Shown here: positions 58,287 through 64,000 of the stretch, in pieces | How positions within the stretch are numbered: the stretch's first letter is position 1 | How the letters are laid out: each line of letters opens with the position of its first letter | DNA from: Candidatus Poribacteria bacterium | GTDB lineage: Bacteria > Poribacteria > WGA-4E > WGA-3G | Length of the DNA: 64,000 nucleotides | NCBI GenBank assembly: GCA_963665235.2 | Contig: CAXXLX010000001.1 | Span: 2,688,001-2,752,000, forward strand | Reading direction: 5' to 3' | Notes under the pieces: model-generated | The model's input: only the letters and a program-made list of their open reading frames with translations | Told to the model about the DNA's origin: nothing | Database searches by the model: none | Made by a program: the position numbers and the translations under genes

Positions 58287-58943
58287 TTACATATACACCG
58301 CAGGATGGGGCCCTGAACTAGAATTTGTCCACCCAACAAGAATACCTTGTTTCACAGCAAGCGAGAAAATTTCTTTAAGTTCACTGTTCTTGGACTCGGG
58401 TTTTAACAAATGTCTTGTAGCACCAGCTACCGCATCTGCTAACCGTATGAGCGGTTCGTTTTCATCCTTTCTACCTCGCACTTTTTCGACACGACATTCA
58501 AGCCTCCGTAACCGAGCTTTGTACTCCCTATATTGCGTTTTGGGCAGACCGTCGACATAAACGTGGATAGAAGTATCAGAAGTGGGCAAACTAGCAATTG
58601 CTAGATCAATGCTTCGAACAGTTGCATCAACGTAATTTTTAGTTTCTCGAAAAACGTAGGAAAATAGAATGATATCCCGAAAACGGACATCTGAAATCAC
58701 GGTACGTAGATAAACTAACCGTCCATTTTTATTGGCTTTCCTCCACTTAGCCTTGTGCTTACCCGAAGTTCTCTCTAGGGATTCACAGAGCTGGTTAAAC
58801 TTATCACTGTCTTCTACTGCTACTCCAGCGACGATAAACGGTTCACCACCAATGTGTTGTCCAGACTCATCAAAGTATAGGTCAAATCGCCTCTGGTTTA
58901 CAGCAGTTGATGCACGATCGCTCTGTCCTTCTCTTTTTTTCAT
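58287..58943 (-). CDS. DUF3800-family protein (RNase H-like acidic motifs)
   Basis: LYFDESG...FIVAGV at the N-terminus, VYVDG, IRLADAVAG near the C-terminus; TTGAAA-N17-TAAAAT promoter at 59015-58987. Confidence 0.8.
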   Translation of the reverse strand: MKKREGQSDRASTAVNQRRFDLYFDESGQHIGGEPFIVAGVAVEDSDKFNQLCESLERTSGKHKAKWRKANKNGRLVYLRTVISDVRFRDIILFSYVFRETKNYVDATVRSIDLAIASLPTSDTSIHVYVDGLPKTQYREYKARLRRLECRVEKVRGRKDENEPLIRLADAVAGATRHLLKPESKNSELKEIFSLAVKQGILVGWTNSSSGPHPAVYM

Positions 58944-59017
58944 TTTTCATCCTGTGTGTCATACTAATAATATTAATAACACTATAATTTTAACATGTTT
59001 CCGGGGCTATTTCAAAT

Positions 59018-59127
59018 TTTTTTATCTCGGACTCGAGAAACTTCTTGTCAACTTATTGAAATGTTAGAATGTGTCATACAAAAATCCTAATTTTTCAATC
59101 TCGTAATCGAGATCCTTCTTTGCTGAC
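59018..59127 (-). CRISPR. Degenerate CRISPR mini-array (2 repeats, one 39-nt spacer) with its own promoter
   Basis: 59092-59127 shares tttcaatctcgtaatcgag (19 nt) with the main repeat; 59018-59052 keeps atctcg-N3-tcgag and the tcaac end; TTGACA-N17-TATCAT at 59174-59146. Confidence 0.75.
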
Positions 59128-59495
59128 TTTTCGCTAAACATTAACATGATACCATATATAATTGTCAATGTCAAGAAAAAATCTGAAAAAACGCAAATTA
59201 CACAGAAAAAAGCGGCCGAGTCATTCTATAGACCTGCTATTATTCGCGTTAATCCGCGCCTCGGCCAAAATACGCATAGTCCTCTTCCATTCTTCCCTCC
59301 ATCCCCCCTCCATCCTTCCAATCTTGCCAAAAAATTTAAATATCCTTGACAAATTTTCGGTTTTATGTAAAAATATACGTAAGTTAAAGCGGACATCTCA
59401 CATGAGCTCCGAACGCCTAGACCTGTTCAAATTCTATAGGTTCGGAAGAAAATTACACACACATTTCACAATAAAAACAAATTGAGGAGGCTCAC

Positions 59496-60149
59496 ATGCA
59501 AACCGATTCAGACCACATTGAAAAAGAAATTCCACTTTTTCCGCTGAACGTTGTCCTATTCCCCGGAGGATTATTACCGCTGCACGTTTTTGAAGAACGG
59601 TATCGCGCCCTGATGAAGTTTTGTATCAGACATGAGTCCCCCTTCGGTATTGTGATGATTAAAGAGGGAGAAGACGACGAAGAGGCCGCTATACCGAGTA
59701 AGATTGGAACAGCAGCCGAGCTGCTTGAGGTTGACCGATTCCCCGATGGACGGATGAATATCATGACCTCCGGGCAGTACCGATTCGAAATTCTCGAAGA
59801 AATTAGCGAAGAGGAACCGTATCTCGTGGCGCGTGTGCGTGTCCTCGATGGAATAGACGCAGAACCCAATCCGGCACTTGAACCTATTGCGAAAGAAACG
59901 CATGCACTCTACAAAGAGTACGAAACGTTATCAAGTGACCTAATGTTCAGATGGCAAGCCCCCGAAGAAAGACCGCTACATCCACAACAATTAGCCTATC
60001 AAATCGGAACACGGCTACGTATACCGCTCGCAGCGAAACAGACACTTTTGGAGACGGTGTCCTTTGAGGAGCTGCTCATCCGAGAAAAGGAAATTCTGAA
60101 ACTTCAGAATAAACGCATTGGCATTCAGTTGGCAGCGCGAAATAATTGA
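59496..60149 (+). CDS. LON peptidase substrate-binding (Lon N-terminal) domain protein
   Basis: IPLFPLNVVLFPGGLLPLHVFEERYR, PDGR, KQTLLE. Confidence 0.9.
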   Translation: MQTDSDHIEKEIPLFPLNVVLFPGGLLPLHVFEERYRALMKFCIRHESPFGIVMIKEGEDDEEAAIPSKIGTAAELLEVDRFPDGRMNIMTSGQYRFEILEEISEEEPYLVARVRVLDGIDAEPNPALEPIAKETHALYKEYETLSSDLMFRWQAPEERPLHPQQLAYQIGTRLRIPLAAKQTLLETVSFEELLIREKEILKLQNKRIGIQLAARNN

Positions 60150-60170
60150 CACCGGCAAATCGAACGGTAA

Positions 60171-60800
60171 ATGGCATTCAAAATTCCTATTCCCCAATTT
60201 ACAGAAACTCGCGCAATCCGGATTTCACGCCGCGATTTTCTCTATATCAGCAATTTGCTTTCCGCGTTTAGACTGCTGACCGTGCCTTTTCTCTTCTGGT
60301 GGATTTATCAGGAGGATTACAGGCTCGCTGTTATTGTCGGGGCATTCGCTATCGTTTCCGATCTGCTAGATGGGTTTTTCGCACGAACGTTGGATCAGCA
60401 TTCCGAACTCGGTTATATTCTTGACCCAGTTGCAGATAAACTTGCTATCGGCGCAGGCATTTTTGCCCTCGTTTTATCAAAATCTACATTCCCCATGTGG
60501 GCGTTCATCATTGTGGTAGCACGAGATACCGCAATCGTACTTGGAAACGTTGTGTTAGCATATAAGGCGAAAATGATCACCCGTTCTAATTGGTGGGGAA
60601 AGTGTACCAGTTTCGCTTTATCAATCGCCGTCATACTCTACCTCATGCGTCCGATGCGACCCGAACTATTTCCGGAGCAAATTGAGTTGTATATGCTCCA
60701 TATCGCACTCGTGTTTGTCGGCATCTCAACGGTGAGTTATACACGAAACATGTTCCGCGTGTTACAAACCCATTCAAACGGTAAAACGAAAGCCGACTGA
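60171..60800 (+). CDS. CDP-alcohol phosphatidyltransferase (PgsA-like)
   Basis: NLLSAFR, SDLLDGFFAR...LGYILDPVADK signature. Confidence 0.9.
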   Translation: MAFKIPIPQFTETRAIRISRRDFLYISNLLSAFRLLTVPFLFWWIYQEDYRLAVIVGAFAIVSDLLDGFFARTLDQHSELGYILDPVADKLAIGAGIFALVLSKSTFPMWAFIIVVARDTAIVLGNVVLAYKAKMITRSNWWGKCTSFALSIAVILYLMRPMRPELFPEQIELYMLHIALVFVGISTVSYTRNMFRVLQTHSNGKTKAD

Positions 60801-60858
60801 TTCGTCACTAAGATTTAAACCGGGCTCAGATAAAAAAGCATTAGGAAATTTATTCATT

Positions 60859-61317
60859 ATGGACCTCTATATGAATCCTTCAGATATCGCCGAGGTGATA
60901 GGTGTTGAGGCGGAAATTATCGAACGAACATTAGCGAAAAAAGCCCCGGCGATTGAACCTTTCCTACAGGTAGTCTCCGCGCCACCCGAAAAAGCAGGAG
61001 GTGCCCCGAAGGCGGTCTTGCAATTGCGAATTGATGGCCTGGCACCGCTCATTACGCAGCTTGCTTACAATATCCCAACGGCGGATATTATTGATAACCT
61101 CTGTTGCCAAATTGTTCACATCGCGCACCTAAACGAAACTTGTGAGAATTTGGAAAACGATATCAAGAAGCACACCGAAAAAAATACACAACTTCGCGAA
61201 ACAATTGACTCCCTTCACGCCGAAAAAGCGGAGCTGCTCACACAAATTGCCAATTTAACGGAAGAATTAAAGCAGGAGAAAGCGAAAACCTGGGTGTCTC
61301 ATCTGTTTAAACGGTGA
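60859..61317 (+). CDS. Hypothetical coiled-coil protein
   Basis: 152-aa ORF with heptad-rich C-terminus. Confidence 0.65.
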   Translation: MDLYMNPSDIAEVIGVEAEIIERTLAKKAPAIEPFLQVVSAPPEKAGGAPKAVLQLRIDGLAPLITQLAYNIPTADIIDNLCCQIVHIAHLNETCENLENDIKKHTEKNTQLRETIDSLHAEKAELLTQIANLTEELKQEKAKTWVSHLFKR

Positions 61318-61333
61318 GGTTGAAGCTATCATT

Positions 61334-61918
61334 ATGACGAAACGAAAATGGAACCAGCTCATTACACTTGTCCTGTTCGGGCTTGGCATCGTCCTTGTCT
61401 ATCAAAAGTCCGTCCTGCTCAAAGGAATTGCCCTTGTACTGCTGAGCATTTCCGCCATTTTAAGTGGTGCTGCTTTTCAGAACAGACGCAGGATTGAAAT
61501 TCTATCAGGAGTCGGATTAATAATCGGGCTAGGGTTTCTCTATTTGCCTGTCCCATCAATTTTGCGCGGTTCAGCCTTTCATCTGCTATTCAGTAGTGCC
61601 ATCGCATTTGGAATTATGACAACTGCAAAAAGGAGCGCGTCAGTTATTTCCGCTATTTGCATATCTATCGGACTCATTTTTCTCTATCAACCACTTTTTC
61701 CAGAATTAGGAAGCACTTCACTGTACCTACTTCTACCGGGGATTACCGTGTTTTCCATTGTCTATTCACAGCAGACTTTATGTGAACGCATCTCCATAGG
61801 ATTAATTGTTATAGGTTTAATTTCCCTTTGCCAACCCTTCTTAATCTTCTTTTATCAAACAGGATTTCAGGTGCTACTTGGCGGATTGACCGGATTTATT
61901 GTCGTAGCACATCGGTAA
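61334..61918 (+). CDS. Hypothetical integral membrane protein
   Basis: Multiple hydrophobic segments; internal repeat (L.QP). Confidence 0.7.
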   Translation: MTKRKWNQLITLVLFGLGIVLVYQKSVLLKGIALVLLSISAILSGAAFQNRRRIEILSGVGLIIGLGFLYLPVPSILRGSAFHLLFSSAIAFGIMTTAKRSASVISAICISIGLIFLYQPLFPELGSTSLYLLLPGITVFSIVYSQQTLCERISIGLIVIGLISLCQPFLIFFYQTGFQVLLGGLTGFIVVAHR

Positions 61919-61961
61919 TTTACGCCGCATCCTTCCAATAGCATCGTCTTAAATATTGCTT

Positions 61962-63086
61962 ATGGCATCAGCCACATCAACCCAAATTGTCATTGTCGGC
62001 GCAGGCATAATAGGGGCCACAATAGCCTTTCACTTATCCCGTAGACCCGGCTATTCCGTAACGCTCCTTGAGCGTGATGTCCCCGGCTCAGGGGCATCTG
62101 GACACTCCTTCGCTTGGGTCAATTCTTTCGGAAAAGACCCGCGGGCATATCATGCCCTCAATCGACATGCATTAGATATCTGGTACCGTTTAGCGCATCA
62201 ACTTGATGCCGATATCGGTATCCGTTATGGGGGTGAAATGCGATGGGAGAACAGCAGAGACCGCGCGATGCAGCTCCAGAAACGAATTCGGCAGCTACAG
62301 ACGTGGGGATATCCCTGCCGACTTATCAGTTTGGACGAGATGCTCACACTAGAACCCAATCTCTATCCAGGACATGTGGAGACAGCGTCCCATTCCGAAG
62401 CAGATATACACGTAGACACCGCCAAATTTATCCCCATAGCTCTGAAACGCGCACAAGACGCTGGTACCGTGATTTATCCAAAAACCGAGGTCGTAGGTTT
62501 TGACATCCACAATGGCAAAATTGCAGCCGTCCAAGCAGCTGATGCAGTGTATCCGTGCGATGCCGTTGTGTTGGCGAGCGGTGTTCAAACGACCGAACTT
62601 GCATCCCTTGTCCGAGTGCATATTCCGCAGCAGCGGAGCCCTGGAGTCATTATTAAAACAACCCCTTGTGCCCCTATCTTACAACGTGTAGCCGTTATTC
62701 ATGCACCGCCGGCAGATGAAAACTGTCAACATCTTCACCTAAGACAGCTCACCGATGGAAGTCTCCGAATAGGGCAGGGAACGCAAGAAGGGATAAACCG
62801 TGACGACTCCCAAGCCCACGCTGATGCACTCCTCGCCCGTGCCAAAACCTATCTACCGACAATAGCCGATGCCAAAGCAATACCTACCCCCATTGGCTAT
62901 CGTCCGATGCCGTTGGATGGGTTTCCGGTAATCGGTTTTACCAAAGCAGTTCCGAATCTGTATATTGCTCTAATGCACAGCGGTGTGACGCTAGCCCCCC
63001 TCGTCGGTGAAATGGCGACCCTGGAAATTGCAGACAGGGTGCAAGTAGATTATTTCAAACCCTTTAGACTTGAACGGTTCCAGTAG
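61962..63086 (+). CDS. FAD-dependent oxidoreductase (DAO family)
   Basis: IVGAGIIG, GASGHSFAW, GYRPMPLDGFPVIG, HSGVTLAP. Confidence 0.9.
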   Translation: MASATSTQIVIVGAGIIGATIAFHLSRRPGYSVTLLERDVPGSGASGHSFAWVNSFGKDPRAYHALNRHALDIWYRLAHQLDADIGIRYGGEMRWENSRDRAMQLQKRIRQLQTWGYPCRLISLDEMLTLEPNLYPGHVETASHSEADIHVDTAKFIPIALKRAQDAGTVIYPKTEVVGFDIHNGKIAAVQAADAVYPCDAVVLASGVQTTELASLVRVHIPQQRSPGVIIKTTPCAPILQRVAVIHAPPADENCQHLHLRQLTDGSLRIGQGTQEGINRDDSQAHADALLARAKTYLPTIADAKAIPTPIGYRPMPLDGFPVIGFTKAVPNLYIALMHSGVTLAPLVGEMATLEIADRVQVDYFKPFRLERFQ

Positions 63087-63248
63087 CTGTGTCCATATTT
63101 TGTCCATAAGTGCCAATTTGTATAGACACCGACTTTACACCCCTTCCCCTCTTCCCCTCTTCCCCTCTTCCATCTCCCCCCCCTTGATCAATTTTGTGTT
63201 TTGCGGTATAGTACAGACAAGCTAACGACCAAAATTGAAGGGAATTTT

Positions 63249-64000
63249 ATGACGACAGAAACAAAACAACCCGTTCAGTGGGGAATTCTCAGCACAGCCG
63301 GTATTGCAACAAAGGTCGCGCGTGCGATACATCTTGCCCGAAACGCTGAATTAATTGCGATAGCAAGCCGCACCGAACAACGTGCAACTGCATGGGCACG
63401 AAACCACAACGTCACAACCGCCTACGGCAATTATGACGCGCTGCTCGCCGATGAATCGCTTGATGCAATTTACATTCCTTTACCCCCGTCGATGCATGCG
63501 GAATGGACAATTAAGGCAGCGGAACACGGCAAACATGTCCTCTGCGAAAAACCGCTCGCTGCAAATGCTGCCGAGGCGGATGCCATGGCCGCTGCATGTC
63601 GCCAAAACGGAGTACAACTTATGGATGGGGTGATGTGGGTGCATCACGAACGCACCGCAGCCATGAAAGCGCAGCTAACAAACTTAGGCGTGCTCCGCCG
63701 CGTCACAGCAGCCTTCACGTTCAATTGGGATACAATTCCCACGGGGAATATCCGCACCATCCCCGAATTAGCGGGTGGCAGCCTCGGGGACCTCGGCTAT
63801 TATTGCGTCCGCGCCATTCTCTGGGCATTTGAGCAGATGCCGACACAGGTTTTCGCAACAGCACGTTACAAAGTAGGGGTCGATTTCAACCTTACTGGCA
63901 TCCTTTGGTTTGCGGACGAACGCATCGCCACAATGGATTGCGGATTCGATACAGGACTCCGTAAGTGGTTTGAGGTTGCAGGAACACGAGCATCCCTCGT
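63249..64000 (+). CDS. Gfo/Idh/MocA oxidoreductase, truncated by the window end
   Basis: Manual translation WGILSTAGIA...IASR...YIPLPPSMHAEW...GKHVLCEKP...GGSLGDLGYY. Confidence 0.9.
   Translation, partial: MTTETKQPVQWGILSTAGIATKVARAIHLARNAELIAIASRTEQRATAWARNHNVTTAYGNYDALLADESLDAIYIPLPPSMHAEWTIKAAEHGKHVLCEKPLAANAAEADAMAAACRQNGVQLMDGVMWVHHERTAAMKAQLTNLGVLRRVTAAFTFNWDTIPTGNIRTIPELAGGSLGDLGYYCVRAILWAFEQMPTQVFATARYKVGVDFNLTGILWFADERIATMDCGFDTGLRKWFEVAGTRASL

Noticed and set aside
1-64000. tRNA, rRNA or integrase genes
   Set aside because: None recognised by eye; a tRNAscan/Infernal run would be needed to exclude them

Overview
Bacterial chromosomal window, most likely Candidatus Poribacteria or a relative. 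This is an inference from the recurring C-terminal V-x4-KL-x-T-x-W-x2-(I/L)K motif on secreted proteins, orphan BMC pentamer genes and dense REP/heptamer repeats. Housekeeping genes: rib operon, hisH, an NtrBC-like pair, ndk, acnA, glcB, a TonB-dependent receptor, a C25 peptidase and NPCBM proteins. A UGA-containing peroxiredoxin-like gene is a likely selenoprotein, and there is a 498-bp non-autonomous IS200/IS605 element. Two accessory regions stand out. (1) A defence-type island at 33.8-41.9 kb, bracketed by ~107-bp direct repeats. In it a nuclease/STAND-NTPase ends in an antitoxin-like tail followed by a PIN toxin, and a MORC-type GHKL/His-kinase is followed by a receiver-HicB fusion and hicA. 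(2) An atypical type I (I-D-like) CRISPR-Cas locus with 19 repeats, a stand-alone HD nuclease, an internal Cas11 start, cas2 but no cas1/cas4, and a WYL regulator. Directly next to it is the most striking feature: a DUF3800 gene convergent with two tandem covarying ~100-nt structured RNAs. A promoter-driven two-repeat CRISPR mini-array lies upstream of DUF3800, and its single spacer partially matches the DUF3800 transcription start next to a GTT motif. All protein calls are by motif recognition only; no searches were run.
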